64,000 nt of DNA. Origin: a virus. Taxonomy: Duplodnaviria; Heunggongvirae; Uroviricota; Caudoviricetes. The notes under the pieces are model-generated. The model did no database searches and was not told the DNA's origin. It saw only the letters and a program-made list of their open reading frames with translations. The stretch lies in the IMG/VR virus record IMGVR_UViG_3300024268_000010, one strand, 5' to 3'. The translations under genes were made by a program, and so were the position numbers. Positions 9,801 through 19,741 of the stretch are shown one piece after another. The stretch's first letter is position 1. Each line of letters opens with the position of its first letter.

Positions 9801-9962
9801 TTAAAACGGCAATGTATCAAACGGTAAATGCTTATCACACCAGTCAAATATCTTTGGGTGATTGTCCATCATCCATGCCCAAAACTGCTGACGGACATAC
9901 TCTTTTCTGTTCTTCTTTGATCCATTCCAATACAATGTCCAAAATAAACTTTTCTTTTGCAT
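9801..9962 (-). CDS. Hypothetical protein, 53 aa (not in ORF track)
   Basis: GAGGAGG-N7-ATG; MQKKSLFW...TLPF. Confidence 0.55.
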   Translation of the reverse strand: MQKKSLFWTLYWNGSKKNRKEYVRQQFWAWMMDNHPKIFDWCDKHLPFDTLPF

Positions 9963-9992
9963 AATTAATCCTCCTCAAAACAAAAGACCTGC

Positions 9993-10181
9993 TTATTCGC
10001 AGATCTTTTGAATATCACTTTGCATACGGCTCAGGCATTTGTCACACACATCAAAACCAATTACACCATCATCGTACTTTACACGACTGATTTCAAGATG
10101 AATGGTTGCTTCTCTTTCACAGCACAATAAGCATTTACCACCATCGTTAATTTTTGTTAATTCAATAATTTTCTTTTCCAT
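9993..10181 (-). CDS. Small zinc-finger protein
   Basis: CLLC...CDKC. Confidence 0.6.
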   Translation of the reverse strand: MEKKIIELTKINDGGKCLLCCEREATIHLEISRVKYDDGVIGFDVCDKCLSRMQSDIQKICE

Positions 10182-10226
10182 ATTAAATGCCTCCTTACAA
10201 TATATTATATACTTTTTGTGATAAAA

Positions 10227-10433
10227 TTACATGTCTTCTTTCTCAATACTAAATCCCAACCCAGTAGCTGCAATAAATTTAACTCCTGGTTGCAACTTAA
10301 AACAACTTCCGTCGGGATTTTGCACATACACAAAGCTATCCGTGTCAAGAAAATTATTCACAAGTCGTTCTGCGTTGGCTATCAAGCCCAGATTGTGAAT
10401 CCCAACGCACAGGTTCCACTCAAATTTGCTCAT
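10227..10433 (-). CDS. Hypothetical protein
   Basis: 68 aa; RBS GGAGG. Confidence 0.55.
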   Translation of the reverse strand: MSKFEWNLCVGIHNLGLIANAERLVNNFLDTDSFVYVQNPDGSCFKLQPGVKFIAATGLGFSIEKEDM

Positions 10434-10434
10434 A

Positions 10435-11310
10435 TTAAATTACCTCCTTCAAATCATTTTGTTGTGTATTGATAAAACTAAAGATATGAGCAATCACATC
10501 CACAGTAAACGCATCACCAAGCACATCAGCGGCTTCATTTCTTGTAAGACATTTCGTATAGCCTTCCGGCACCGTTTGACATCTCTCCAGCTCAGTCTGG
10601 TTCAGATATCTAATTGAGTTATCATTGCCTTTTTCTTCCCACACAATTGTGGTAAATTTCTTGTATCTATGCAACATTTTTTGCTTATCAACCAAAGGTC
10701 TGCTATCACTGACGAGCAACGCACGAGCCTTTTGTCTGTCAGTATAACCACTCGTAAGAATACTCTGCAATGTAATTCCCTTGTCTTCAGGTTGAGTAAT
10801 ACCCTCAATATTAGTCCAATAATACCGATCTCTCAAAGCCGCACTGACAAGTTTGCTATTAATTCGAATCGGTGCAACACCCATAAACTCCGTTAAAACA
10901 TCTCGATCCTCATCTTTCATGCTTGCCACATTTTCAAGCAAGAACCAAGTAGGATTAACTTCTTTCAGAATACGATAGCATTCAAGGAACAATCCCGATC
11001 TTACTTTATCCTTAAGCCCAACTCTCATATCTGTTTTCATAGCAATTGAAAACGACTGACAAGGACTTCCAAATACCATCAAATCAATATGACCGACATT
11101 GTAATTGCCATTCTCCGTATAGAGCACACCTCCTTTGTACCTCACTTTGTTCACATCACCGATGTGAATAGTGTCAGGATAATTTTCTTTTGTAACTTTG
11201 ACTGCAATGTCTTTGATTTCGGCAGCATAATACTTGTCTACATGCATACCTATTCTGTCAAGAGCAATATGGGCAATGCTCATACCATCACACAAACTTA
11301 ATACTTTCAT
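10435..11310 (-). CDS. C5-cytosine DNA methyltransferase (orphan)
   Basis: VLSLCDG, GSPCQ catalytic PC, LENV, R.RYYW, motif X LGDAF. Confidence 0.92.
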   Translation of the reverse strand: MKVLSLCDGMSIAHIALDRIGMHVDKYYAAEIKDIAVKVTKENYPDTIHIGDVNKVRYKGGVLYTENGNYNVGHIDLMVFGSPCQSFSIAMKTDMRVGLKDKVRSGLFLECYRILKEVNPTWFLLENVASMKDEDRDVLTEFMGVAPIRINSKLVSAALRDRYYWTNIEGITQPEDKGITLQSILTSGYTDRQKARALLVSDSRPLVDKQKMLHRYKKFTTIVWEEKGNDNSIRYLNQTELERCQTVPEGYTKCLTRNEAADVLGDAFTVDVIAHIFSFINTQQNDLKEVI

Positions 11311-11418
11311 AATTATATCCTCCTAATCAATCATTTTGTTTTGTTATTTTTGTATAGGTGCGTATTCACCAAAATATATTTTTTCTCCTTTTTATAAATT
11401 GTTATTAATTTACTTTGC

Positions 11419-12102
11419 TCAATGCTGAGCAAAAATCACTGATTTCACCTTCTTACTCCAACACACCCCACAAGCCGAGCAAGTACTTTCTCTTCCTGGG
11501 CATACAAACGCATTATCAGGAAATTGAGGATTCAAACTTTTGTCATTGAAATCCACATAAGCCACACCGAGTTTATGAGGATTGGGTACATCCCACATCT
11601 TATGCCAAGCAGAAAAGATAATATTCAAATTCTCAGGCAAATCACCATTATCACTAATCCATTTATTAACCCACTCATATCGTTTAGTGAATGCCATATA
11701 TTTTACTGCCGGAGTTCTCTTGCACAATGCAATCATTCTTTCCAAAAACTCATAATCGGGAATGTCACCACTATCAAAAAATCTTACTTTTGGCAATCCT
11801 GAAAAACGTATCTTGCAATACACTTGCTCAAAGAATTCCTCTGCATTCTCCATATACAATCTAAAGTTTCTGTAGTATGCCGCCTGTACTTTTGCTATCT
11901 GCTGACAACCTTTACATGCATAACAAGTTGCTTTGCATGGAGCGTCAATTCTACAAGTACATACTGGCATAGCAAGATTTAAGCAAGCCTTGCCTGTTTT
12001 GCTATTGCCATTGTTCATACAAATTTCATTGCTCTGACTTGCCAAATAATCAATGTATTCTGTTCTGCTCATAGTTCCTTTGTTGTTGTTCTGCTGTTTC
12101 AT
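11419..12102 (-). CDS. Gp88-like radical-SAM-type Fe-S protein
   Basis: GNSKTG, CxxxxPCxxxCYA, RFFDSGD, C-terminal CP..CxxCxxC; start moved to ATG after GGAGG. Confidence 0.7.
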   Translation of the reverse strand: MKQQNNNKGTMSRTEYIDYLASQSNEICMNNGNSKTGKACLNLAMPVCTCRIDAPCKATCYACKGCQQIAKVQAAYYRNFRLYMENAEEFFEQVYCKIRFSGLPKVRFFDSGDIPDYEFLERMIALCKRTPAVKYMAFTKRYEWVNKWISDNGDLPENLNIIFSAWHKMWDVPNPHKLGVAYVDFNDKSLNPQFPDNAFVCPGRESTCSACGVCWSKKVKSVIFAQH

Positions 12103-12117
12103 ATTATTTTCCTCCAT

Positions 12118-12161
12118 ATTATAACATATTATTTTTAATTTGTCAATCATTTTGTCGTGTT
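12118..12161 (-). promoter_or_regulatory. Consensus sigmaA promoter with 17-bp motif overlapping -35
   Basis: AACACGACAAAATGA-TTGACA-17-TATAAT. Confidence 0.85.
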
Positions 12162-12344
12162 TTTCATAATCCATACAGATACTTCCGTGCAGCTTTCAGC
12201 ATATGCACCAGTATATATCCATTCACCGTATCGTTCCAAGGCGTCATCAATTGGTAGCCTTGCCACAAAGTCCCCAGTGGTACGATACAGTCTAAGCACT
12301 TCTGTCCTCACATCGTCCTTAAAACTTTCTCTCAATGTTTGCAT
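12147..12344 (-). CDS. Hypothetical protein
   Basis: RBS GAGGAGG. Confidence 0.55.
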   Translation of the reverse strand: MQTLRESFKDDVRTEVLRLYRTTGDFVARLPIDDALERYGEWIYTGAYAESCTEVSVWIMKNTTK

Positions 12345-12390
12345 ATTATTCCTCCTCATTATGCGAATAATTATTCATATTTTATGCATA

Positions 12391-12582
12391 TTAATCATTC
12401 AACCATGCAATCACCTCCTCTTCCGTCTGAAACTCTTCAACCCAACAGTCTCCTGTAGTGTTATCACAGCCAACCCAAACATCATTGTCGCAGCAATAAA
12501 ACTGTTCATGTGGCACTGACTTATGATTATCACACCATGATTGTACGATAGCAAGCATTTCTGTTGCAGTAATCTTTTTCAT
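12391..12582 (-). CDS. Hypothetical protein
   Basis: DNTTGDCWVEEF motif; ATGA overlap. Confidence 0.6.
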   Translation of the reverse strand: MKKITATEMLAIVQSWCDNHKSVPHEQFYCCDNDVWVGCDNTTGDCWVEEFQTEEEVIAWLND

Positions 12583-12839
12583 TGTTCATCCTCCTTTGTC
12601 CAAAACTTCCCATTATAAGATATTCGACCAATTAAGTTGCCAAGCCCATCATAAACTTCACCTCCTTCCCAATTACCTGCACCAATGTCATATTTATCAA
12701 TGTACTCTAACACTCGACGCTGGCATTCTTCTATTGATGCTGTGTATACCAATTCTTCAGGTACACCATACATCGGCTCATACGGATTTTCATTGTGGTC
12801 TATATTGCCACATGTTGCTAATCTTACAGAATAAATCAT
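12579..12839 (-). CDS. Hypothetical protein
   Basis: GAGNW.GG...ISYNG.W. Confidence 0.65.
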   Translation of the reverse strand: MIYSVRLATCGNIDHNENPYEPMYGVPEELVYTASIEECQRRVLEYIDKYDIGAGNWEGGEVYDGLGNLIGRISYNGKFWTKEDEQ

Positions 12840-12842
12840 TTT

Positions 12843-13289
12843 TTAATCCTCCTCTTCAAACAACCACTCATAGCCCAATGTTTTAATTTCATTATCCTTA
12901 AAACCTAACAAGTGCAAATTTGCCACAATGCTTTCTGTGTCATCTGTAAACCAATCGATACATCTTTTCAGCAATTCCAATGCTCTCAAATAACTGATTG
13001 TTCCATCATTACCGAGCCATACCTCCTTTTGAATGTATATCAGAAGTTCTGTACTGCCAACGGAAGCCAACTGTCTGGCACATTCATAAATTGCTTTTTC
13101 AAAGTCGTGCCAAGATTTACTTGAGTCCAATTTTGCAAGCTCTGTGTTGTACCAATCATCATTCAGCAGTGTGTACTGCCCATGCTCTACAACCATATGG
13201 ATTGCCGCACGGAAAATAACATCTCCGGCACAAGAATATTTGCTTCTGATTGTATCAATTTTCTGTTTGGTTTCTGTGTAGTTTTTCAT
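12843..13289 (-). CDS. Hypothetical protein
   Basis: 148 aa; RBS. Confidence 0.65.
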   Translation of the reverse strand: MKNYTETKQKIDTIRSKYSCAGDVIFRAAIHMVVEHGQYTLLNDDWYNTELAKLDSSKSWHDFEKAIYECARQLASVGSTELLIYIQKEVWLGNDGTISYLRALELLKRCIDWFTDDTESIVANLHLLGFKDNEIKTLGYEWLFEEED

Positions 13290-13316
13290 AATTTATACCT
13301 CTACTTTCATATAAAA

Positions 13317-13511
13317 TCACTCTTTTATGTGGTTGTTTAACTTCTCTGCCTTATGCTCTGCTTGTTTCTTGAATAGATAGCACCACTTTAATCCTTTAAG
13401 TCCGTACCACTTCAAGCAACATTTCAAATGTCCTCGCAAATTATAAGGCATTACATCATAATAGATATTATCGTTTCTATCGTAATACTTGTCTACTTTC
13501 CATAATGTCAT
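13317..13511 (-). CDS. Hypothetical protein
   Basis: 64 aa; RBS GAGG. Confidence 0.55.
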   Translation of the reverse strand: MTLWKVDKYYDRNDNIYYDVMPYNLRGHLKCCLKWYGLKGLKWCYLFKKQAEHKAEKLNNHIKE

Positions 13512-13544
13512 ATATCTTTACCTCTTAAAATCGTCATTTTATTA

Positions 13545-13760
13545 TTAAAGTTCCGTCAAATCAAAATCTTCAAACTCTGCAATGGATTCTCCAAGTTCCA
13601 ATGTCAGCCAACCACCTTTGACAAAATAACCTTTAACATCCATTCCATCCAATTCTTCTTCTGGAATATTATCGTCAATCTCAATTCCGTTTTTGTCAAA
13701 GATTTCAACCACATCTGCGGTCTTATATATATCTAATCTCTTAAATTCTGCATAAGTCAT
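13545..13760 (-). CDS. Hypothetical acidic protein
   Basis: 71 aa; RBS. Confidence 0.6.
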   Translation of the reverse strand: MTYAEFKRLDIYKTADVVEIFDKNGIEIDDNIPEEELDGMDVKGYFVKGGWLTLELGESIAEFEDFDLTEL

Positions 13761-13780
13761 TTTGTTTACCTCCTATAAAA

Positions 13781-14050
13781 TTATCCTTTTAATCTCCGTT
13801 CTAACAAATATTTTTTCAAAAGATACTGTTTATCTTTTTCAATTTGTTCAATATGTTGATACAGATAAACAATATATTCATAAAGTTCTGTGGTAAGTTG
13901 TCTACTTTCTTCAAGAGCATAACCACGATGATTTGCTATTTCAAGAAAAACTTGTGCATATCTAATATCATGTAGGCGATTTTCAGAACTTTTATCAATC
14001 TTTAATTTATCCATTGTTGGAGAAACGAAGTCTTTGCATCCATTTTTCAT
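13781..14050 (-). CDS. Hypothetical protein
   Basis: 89 aa; RBS. Confidence 0.6.
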   Translation of the reverse strand: MKNGCKDFVSPTMDKLKIDKSSENRLHDIRYAQVFLEIANHRGYALEESRQLTTELYEYIVYLYQHIEQIEKDKQYLLKKYLLERRLKG

Positions 14051-14064
14051 AACACAACCTCCTC

Positions 14065-14751
14065 TTAAAACACAATATTTGTTTCTGCCGTGATTTTTGC
14101 CACCAACTGATCCAACTCATCATATTTGGCAAGCAGATATTTCAGTTCGTCAATGGTAATTTCTCTCTTTGCACTATCATAGAAACTATCACTATTTTCA
14201 TAGACATAAATTGTACCATCACTGCATGTTGCAATGTGAACACCGAATGTTGTGTTGTAATTCTTGTTTCTGAATTTTTCTTTCAGAACGGAGTATTCAT
14301 CATGCTCCAGGAAGTATTTCTCCTCCTGATGTTTGCATTCCTTTAACTGACGATGGAATGCTTCATCAACCAAATCATCATAAGTGTCATAATCCCCCTT
14401 GTAACGATATGTGATATTTCTGTGCATTCCAAGAAGATAATACCTACCATAGTTGTACATAATGTCAACAATAGGTCTGTTATACTTTGTGTCATTTCTT
14501 TTAACCCATGCTATCAGAGAAACCGTTTTGACATCTCCCCATTTGTCTTTTGGTAATGCGACTTTGTCCTCATTGAACTTTTCAATCAGCGCCAAGACAT
14601 AACTCAATTTTCCATCTTGCATACGATCAACAAACTCAATCTTGTCTTCTCGTGATACCTGTGACTCACAAGCATATATTTTTTCTTTACCTACAATCAA
14701 TCCTCTTCTTTCATTCAACAATGCCATTTCTTCAACTTTCCAATTAAACAT
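14065..14751 (-). CDS. Hypothetical protein
   Basis: 228 aa; RBS. Confidence 0.7.
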   Translation of the reverse strand: MFNWKVEEMALLNERRGLIVGKEKIYACESQVSREDKIEFVDRMQDGKLSYVLALIEKFNEDKVALPKDKWGDVKTVSLIAWVKRNDTKYNRPIVDIMYNYGRYYLLGMHRNITYRYKGDYDTYDDLVDEAFHRQLKECKHQEEKYFLEHDEYSVLKEKFRNKNYNTTFGVHIATCSDGTIYVYENSDSFYDSAKREITIDELKYLLAKYDELDQLVAKITAETNIVF

Positions 14752-14787
14752 AATTAAATCCTCCTTTAAAATAGTAGTTTTATATGC

Positions 14788-14958
14788 TTACATTTCCAAT
14801 ATTGTTTGTGCCACTCTCATTTTAATTTCTTCTATGCACTCTTTGGGCGTATCAAAACTTTCCATTGTTCCGTTATTTTTTGTTCCACCACCAACTGAAA
14901 AATATTTGCTACCATCATCAAGTTTAATAATTTCTATAAAAATTCTCTGCTCTTTCAT
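14788..14958 (-). CDS. Hypothetical protein, 56 aa (not in ORF track)
   Basis: GGAGG-N8-ATG; MKEQRIFIE... Confidence 0.55.
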   Translation of the reverse strand: MKEQRIFIEIIKLDDGSKYFSVGGGTKNNGTMESFDTPKECIEEIKMRVAQTILEM

Positions 14959-14988
14959 TTGTTAAATCCTCCGCTTAAAATGTGATTT

Positions 14989-15237
14989 TTATTGTACAAC
15001 TTCGACTTCGTCTGTGTCTGCCTTGTTCAATGGATAAATTCCATATTCACATTCACATGCTCGACCACTCGCAATCCATTTTTTGTTCGTTGCGTCTATT
15101 CCAAGTTCATTGTTTTCTGTCTTGTAGACCTTTTCGGTACGACCATCCTCGTATCGGATAACACATCCATCGGTAATTTCTGTTCCATTTTTGTCGAAAT
15201 ACGTTCTTGTTCCATTTTCTGTTTTAATCATAATCAT
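14989..15237 (-). CDS. Hypothetical protein (YopX-like DKNG.EI..G motif)
   Basis: FDKNGTEITDGCVI. Confidence 0.6.
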   Translation of the reverse strand: MIMIKTENGTRTYFDKNGTEITDGCVIRYEDGRTEKVYKTENNELGIDATNKKWIASGRACECEYGIYPLNKADTDEVEVVQ

Positions 15238-15340
15238 TTTCCTTTCTGCCACGGTATTATGAGCCGCCGTGGCCCGGCATAATTATTTTAAATCATTTTG
15301 TGTTGTAATGTGTTAATTCAGCGTTAACATTTTGCGAATT

Positions 15341-15610
15341 TTAAAGCACTTCCCTTGCTTCAATAATTACTTCGGATACATAATCGCTAAACATATTGTC
15401 TACATAAACACCCCAATAATCAATGGTATCAAACAGTTCACAAGTTTGATTTGCAAGTGCCTCCTCAACCCAATCAACTTTCTTTTCTTCTTCAACAAGT
15501 TCGTTGAATTTCACAACTGCGTCTGCATAATCTACATACAAGTAAGCGTCCGCATAGTCATCTTTTTCCTCACGGCGAATTCTTTTTACTTCATATAATA
15601 CAAATTTCAT
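15341..15610 (-). CDS. Hypothetical acidic protein
   Basis: 89 aa; RBS. Confidence 0.6.
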   Translation of the reverse strand: MKFVLYEVKRIRREEKDDYADAYLYVDYADAVVKFNELVEEEKKVDWVEEALANQTCELFDTIDYWGVYVDNMFSDYVSEVIIEAREVL

Positions 15611-15611
15611 A

Positions 15612-15947
15612 TTATTCTTCCTCCCTCATCAATTTTGTTATCAAACTCATTGGAAAACTTGCTCCATATTGTTCCTCAAGCAATTTCACAGAAAATTCGG
15701 TTATTTCTCTACCAACTTCCGTAACACCTTTTTTAAGGGCTACTTTACGCTCTTTGTCATTCATATTTTCAATATCTTCATTTGTGTAACAAGACCCGTA
15801 TAGATTAACTTCGGTCACACTACACTTCGCAAGTTTTTTAATATAGGTTTCAGTCAAGTAGTCAATCGCTTCCCAATATGCACTATTCGAAACATTATTC
15901 ATAATTTCATTGGTACTAAATTTCACATTCATTGTATCCATTATCAT
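15612..15947 (-). CDS. Hypothetical protein
   Basis: Start moved to ATG after AAGGAGG. Confidence 0.6.
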   Translation of the reverse strand: MIMDTMNVKFSTNEIMNNVSNSAYWEAIDYLTETYIKKLAKCSVTEVNLYGSCYTNEDIENMNDKERKVALKKGVTEVGREITEFSVKLLEEQYGASFPMSLITKLMREEE

Positions 15948-15954
15948 TTCCTCC

Positions 15955-16209
15955 TTATTCCCATCCAAGGGCATAACCCTTAGTGACATCAAACATATGC
16001 ACACCAAACCACTCTTCGAGCATAGTTAAAACCTCATTGTCGTATTCTTCAAGGTCTATGCCACGATCCTCTAAGAATTCATCCAATGTAAGTCTGTAAT
16101 TATCAAGATAAACATCAAATGCCTTGAGAATGTTTGCCTTGCATTCCTTTTTTGTCTTGCCTATTGCATAAAGCTCATAACTTAAGTCTCTTACGATTCC
16201 AATATACAT
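15955..16209 (-). CDS. Hypothetical protein
   Basis: Start moved to ATG after GAGGAG. Confidence 0.6.
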   Translation of the reverse strand: MYIGIVRDLSYELYAIGKTKKECKANILKAFDVYLDNYRLTLDEFLEDRGIDLEEYDNEVLTMLEEWFGVHMFDVTKGYALGWE

Positions 16210-16210
16210 A

Positions 16211-16528
16211 TTAATTTTCCTCCTCAATTTCATATATTGTAATGCAGTTATACTGCTCTTTACCAATTGTTTCAACTTCAAACTCGACTTCTATGTCATT
16301 GAACCACATTCCCCTTACTTGCACACTAACAAATGCGTCCAAACAAGGTATGCTCGTCCAATATCCACCAAGAGTTTGTATGGAGATATTAAAATCTTCT
16401 CCGTTGAACCTACTGTCATGTTCAAGCACATAAAGTAGCTCATTGATTGTGTGCTTGACTCTGTCCTTCATGAACATATGTGCTTTGAAAGCCCATGTAA
16501 GTTTGTTCTTAAATGTCTGCCGTGTCAT
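16211..16528 (-). CDS. Hypothetical protein
   Basis: Start moved to ATG after GGAGG. Confidence 0.55.
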   Translation of the reverse strand: MTRQTFKNKLTWAFKAHMFMKDRVKHTINELLYVLEHDSRFNGEDFNISIQTLGGYWTSIPCLDAFVSVQVRGMWFNDIEVEFEVETIGKEQYNCITIYEIEEEN

Positions 16529-16811
16529 CTTCTTCATCCTCCATATAAATAGTAAATCCAATTCCCTGAATGCAATCGCATTCTTTTTCGATAAACTCTT
16601 CGGTAAGCATTGCAATATCAGCTTCGTCTGCTCTTTCAGATTCTCCATCTCCAAAGCAGTAAATTCTAACATCGACATCAATTGTGCCAGTCATTTCCCC
16701 ACCACAATCTGTGTTGAAAAAGTCATCCTCATCTTGCACAAAACCCGGTGCATAAAATTCATAGGATTTAAATCCGTCCGTTGCTATAACATGGCTAAAA
16801 ATCTTACTCAT
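16509..16811 (-). CDS. Highly acidic small protein (possible DNA mimic)
   Basis: 100 aa, D/E-rich. Confidence 0.6.
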   Translation of the reverse strand: MSKIFSHVIATDGFKSYEFYAPGFVQDEDDFFNTDCGGEMTGTIDVDVRIYCFGDGESERADEADIAMLTEEFIEKECDCIQGIGFTIYMEDEEDDTADI

Positions 16812-16813
16812 GA

Positions 16814-17035
16814 TTAAACCTCCTTGTTTTTGTTGATTTCAATAGTGTGTGTAGGTTCATCCTCGTTGTAGTTTGCATACACAATCAATCTTGTGCCACC
16901 TTCTGTAGGATGTTCCATAACATCAAGCATACAAACAATTTCTCCATCGAGTAGCAGTTCTACCCCTTTGGCAATGCCATCATCATAAGTTCGTACTTGA
17001 ATTACTCCCGCTTTCGTTATGCATTCATTTTTCAT
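16814..17035 (-). CDS. Hypothetical protein
   Basis: 73 aa; RBS. Confidence 0.6.
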   Translation of the reverse strand: MKNECITKAGVIQVRTYDDGIAKGVELLLDGEIVCMLDVMEHPTEGGTRLIVYANYNEDEPTHTIEINKNKEV

Positions 17036-17037
17036 GC

Positions 17038-18279
17038 TTATTTCTCCTCTCCGAGCAATTTATTTTTATAAGTTTCAACAAGTTCGTTGATATATTGGGG
17101 GTCTTGATCACCATAGAACCAACCAATTAAATCACCACTCTGCTTAATTGTGTAATCCATCACAAATGTAATATCAGAGCATTTGTGGTCGTTATCGTAG
17201 CCAACAAGCAGTTCCTTGTCGATACCAATAAGGCTTCTGATAACATTTCTTACCACTCTTGGGTTAATATTTCTCATGCTGTACATATTCAGATTACCAA
17301 AGTTGCAATGGTAGCACTCTGTGTAATGCTTCACATCTTTAAGAATCACATTATACCAACAGATGATATCGGAAATATCCTCTTTGCCTTCAACGAATTG
17401 ATTAATGAATTCACTCAAACTTCCGCATTTCCAACCCCAATCATTCCAATCTTCTTGCAATGCAACACGGATGATATCCTTCAATTCAGCAGGTCTATAC
17501 TCACTACCAACCGTATTACCAGTTGTGGGATTGCCATTTCCGTATTCCTCTTCGTACATCTCACGAAGAGCAAAGGCAATTTCATTCACGGAATCGGCAT
17601 AGTAATCAATTTCAATCTCATGCTCACCAACGGAAATACGAATCTTATGGTCTTCATACCACTGATTCTCGTCGATACTTCCATCCTCGAACTCCTCCAC
17701 AGGTGGACAAACAAGCGCCTCTCTGCTGAATTCCTCATAGTTTTTCAGTGTGTACTTTTTCATTTTTGTTTCCTCCTCAAATTTAGGTTTAATAACTTCA
17801 TCGTTGCCTTCGTATACAGTTGCCCAGTACGGATGTTCTGTTAAGTTATGGATACTTTCATTGTTCAGCATTTCAATTTCTTCATCCGTATTGCCGTGAA
17901 TTTTGTTATAATTATTTGCCACATCCCAAGCAAAATCGTAATTGTCTGTTTTTACAAGTGTAAGAATGCTGTTATAAGTTGTTTTGCTTCTAATATCTAC
18001 ACAATACATTGTTTTATTTTCCTCCTCTTTCATAGGTGCTTCGTACCACATAACAACAACATGCTCGTTAGAATTGTCAAAATCTACAGCCTGCAAATCC
18101 TCATCAAGATTGCCTAAATCCCATAAGTGTTCAAGTACATCTTTTTGGCACTGCCTATTGGTTGGGTCAAAACTTTCAATATGCTCGTAAGGGATTACAT
18201 AACTACAAGTTGTTGACTTCTTTGCCATCTGGATAATTTCCTTTGCCCACTGTTTTACAAGTGCATTTGTGTGTTTCAT
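17038..18279 (-). CDS. Multi-module hypothetical protein (apparent fusion of three small genes)
   Basis: Two in-frame internal GAGGAGG-ATG sites. Confidence 0.7.
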   Translation of the reverse strand: MKHTNALVKQWAKEIIQMAKKSTTCSYVIPYEHIESFDPTNRQCQKDVLEHLWDLGNLDEDLQAVDFDNSNEHVVVMWYEAPMKEEENKTMYCVDIRSKTTYNSILTLVKTDNYDFAWDVANNYNKIHGNTDEEIEMLNNESIHNLTEHPYWATVYEGNDEVIKPKFEEETKMKKYTLKNYEEFSREALVCPPVEEFEDGSIDENQWYEDHKIRISVGEHEIEIDYYADSVNEIAFALREMYEEEYGNGNPTTGNTVGSEYRPAELKDIIRVALQEDWNDWGWKCGSLSEFINQFVEGKEDISDIICWYNVILKDVKHYTECYHCNFGNLNMYSMRNINPRVVRNVIRSLIGIDKELLVGYDNDHKCSDITFVMDYTIKQSGDLIGWFYGDQDPQYINELVETYKNKLLGEEK

Positions 18280-18283
18280 AATA

Positions 18284-18541
18284 TTAATCCTCCATAAGAT
18301 TTTTAAATATTTCAATGATTGTTGCTTCTGGGTTTTTGTATTCCTTCAAGTGTGCACGAATATCACACTTGGTAATTACATCCAATGGCTTTTCTGGGCA
18401 CACTTGTTCAATGATAGCCTTAAACTCAATCTCATAAGTTTTCAATTTGACCACCCCCTTTCTTTGCAAAGCAATGTAACGATCAAACAATGCACAAACC
18501 AAAGCACTGCTTCGTGTCGAATTCATGTAGCGTTTTTCCAT
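18284..18541 (-). CDS. Hypothetical protein
   Basis: Start after GGAGG; start uncertain. Confidence 0.45.
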   Translation of the reverse strand: MEKRYMNSTRSSALVCALFDRYIALQRKGVVKLKTYEIEFKAIIEQVCPEKPLDVITKCDIRAHLKEYKNPEATIIEIFKNLMED

Positions 18542-18542
18542 T

Positions 18543-19226
18543 TTAAGAACCCTCCTCTTCATCAAACAATTCTCTTTCCCATTCATCGAACAATGTTTCT
18601 GGTGCCATCCAGTCAAGATGGTCAAACAAATCTTCGGCAAGTCTTTCGTTGCCGTTGCAGACGTCAAGCAAATCCTGTCTTGTGTATCCTTGTATTGCCA
18701 CATACGGATTATTTACAAGTTCCGAAGCAAGGAATTCTTTGTCTGATAAATGGTCTAAGTCGTTACTAAATTCAAAACCATACTCATTGATGTAGCACAC
18801 CCCCTCTCCTGTTTCAAATGCATGCCTATCTTTATAGACAACACCGTTATTCTTGTAATTTCCAAACTGACCATACTCTCCAAAATAATAGGTTGTGCCA
18901 CCAATAACCAATTTCCATCCAGCCGGATAAACTTTTTTAATTTTCATTTTCTCAAATCCTCCAATTCTTTTCAAATGGCTCTTAATAACTTTGTGAAAAG
19001 CTTCTTGCTCACAGTCAAAGATGGTATCGTTTTCACAAACCTCACATATTACATCCAAAGCAATATCTGTGATATTAATGTTTGCCGTGCTTGGATCGAT
19101 ATTGTAATCTTCGGCAAGCTTTAAAGCAACCTCATCTTTGTAATTTCTAATTCTTACTTCGGTGTAGGTGTCACACATTTCTTGTTCTGTAAGTTCAATT
19201 TCTTTTCCGTCACGATAAATTTTCAT
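18543..19226 (-). CDS. Hypothetical acidic protein (two modules)
   Basis: 227 aa; internal GGAGG-ATG. Confidence 0.7.
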   Translation of the reverse strand: MKIYRDGKEIELTEQEMCDTYTEVRIRNYKDEVALKLAEDYNIDPSTANINITDIALDVICEVCENDTIFDCEQEAFHKVIKSHLKRIGGFEKMKIKKVYPAGWKLVIGGTTYYFGEYGQFGNYKNNGVVYKDRHAFETGEGVCYINEYGFEFSNDLDHLSDKEFLASELVNNPYVAIQGYTRQDLLDVCNGNERLAEDLFDHLDWMAPETLFDEWERELFDEEEGS

Positions 19227-19229
19227 GGC

Positions 19230-19511
19230 TTATACCTCCTTTCCAGAAAATCTAGGCAAGAACCAAGAATCATTGCTAAAATCAATGGGATATACTTCAC
19301 GGTTAATTGCCTTATAGATACCAACGATGTCATGGACAAAGTTGAAATCATCTGCTTCAAGCCAATCTTCAAGCCTCATGTTGAAATATCTTGTGGCATT
19401 CTGCACATCCAAATAGGCTGTAATACGGTTGTCCTCATACAACCCCATGCTCTGTGCACGGTCTACAATTTTGTTGATAAGTTCATAGTCTTTCTTGGTA
19501 AGTTTTTTCAT
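19230..19511 (-). CDS. DUF6874-like protein
   Basis: LEADDFNFVHDIVGI...FLPRF, recognised from memory. Confidence 0.7.
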   Translation of the reverse strand: MKKLTKKDYELINKIVDRAQSMGLYEDNRITAYLDVQNATRYFNMRLEDWLEADDFNFVHDIVGIYKAINREVYPIDFSNDSWFLPRFSGKEV

Positions 19512-19528
19512 TGTTCATTCCTCCAATA

Positions 19529-19741
19529 TTATTTTTCATTTTTGCCAAGTTCATATGCTGCTTTGAGTGCGGCTTCTAAACTCCACACTGATGTTTCGAA
19601 GAAGTCATCTGTGTCAGAGTAATATGTCTTGAGAGTTGTTCTGTCTTGCAATTCTGGGATATGTTTGTTGGCAATTGTGGTCAGTTTCTTTTCAAGAGCA
19701 GTTAACTGACATGAATTTCTGCTGTTGTTTACGAGTTTCAT
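19529..19741 (-). CDS. DUF6900-like protein
   Basis: SDTDDFFETSVWSLEAALKAAYELG, recognised from memory. Confidence 0.7.
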   Translation of the reverse strand: MKLVNNSRNSCQLTALEKKLTTIANKHIPELQDRTTLKTYYSDTDDFFETSVWSLEAALKAAYELGKNEK

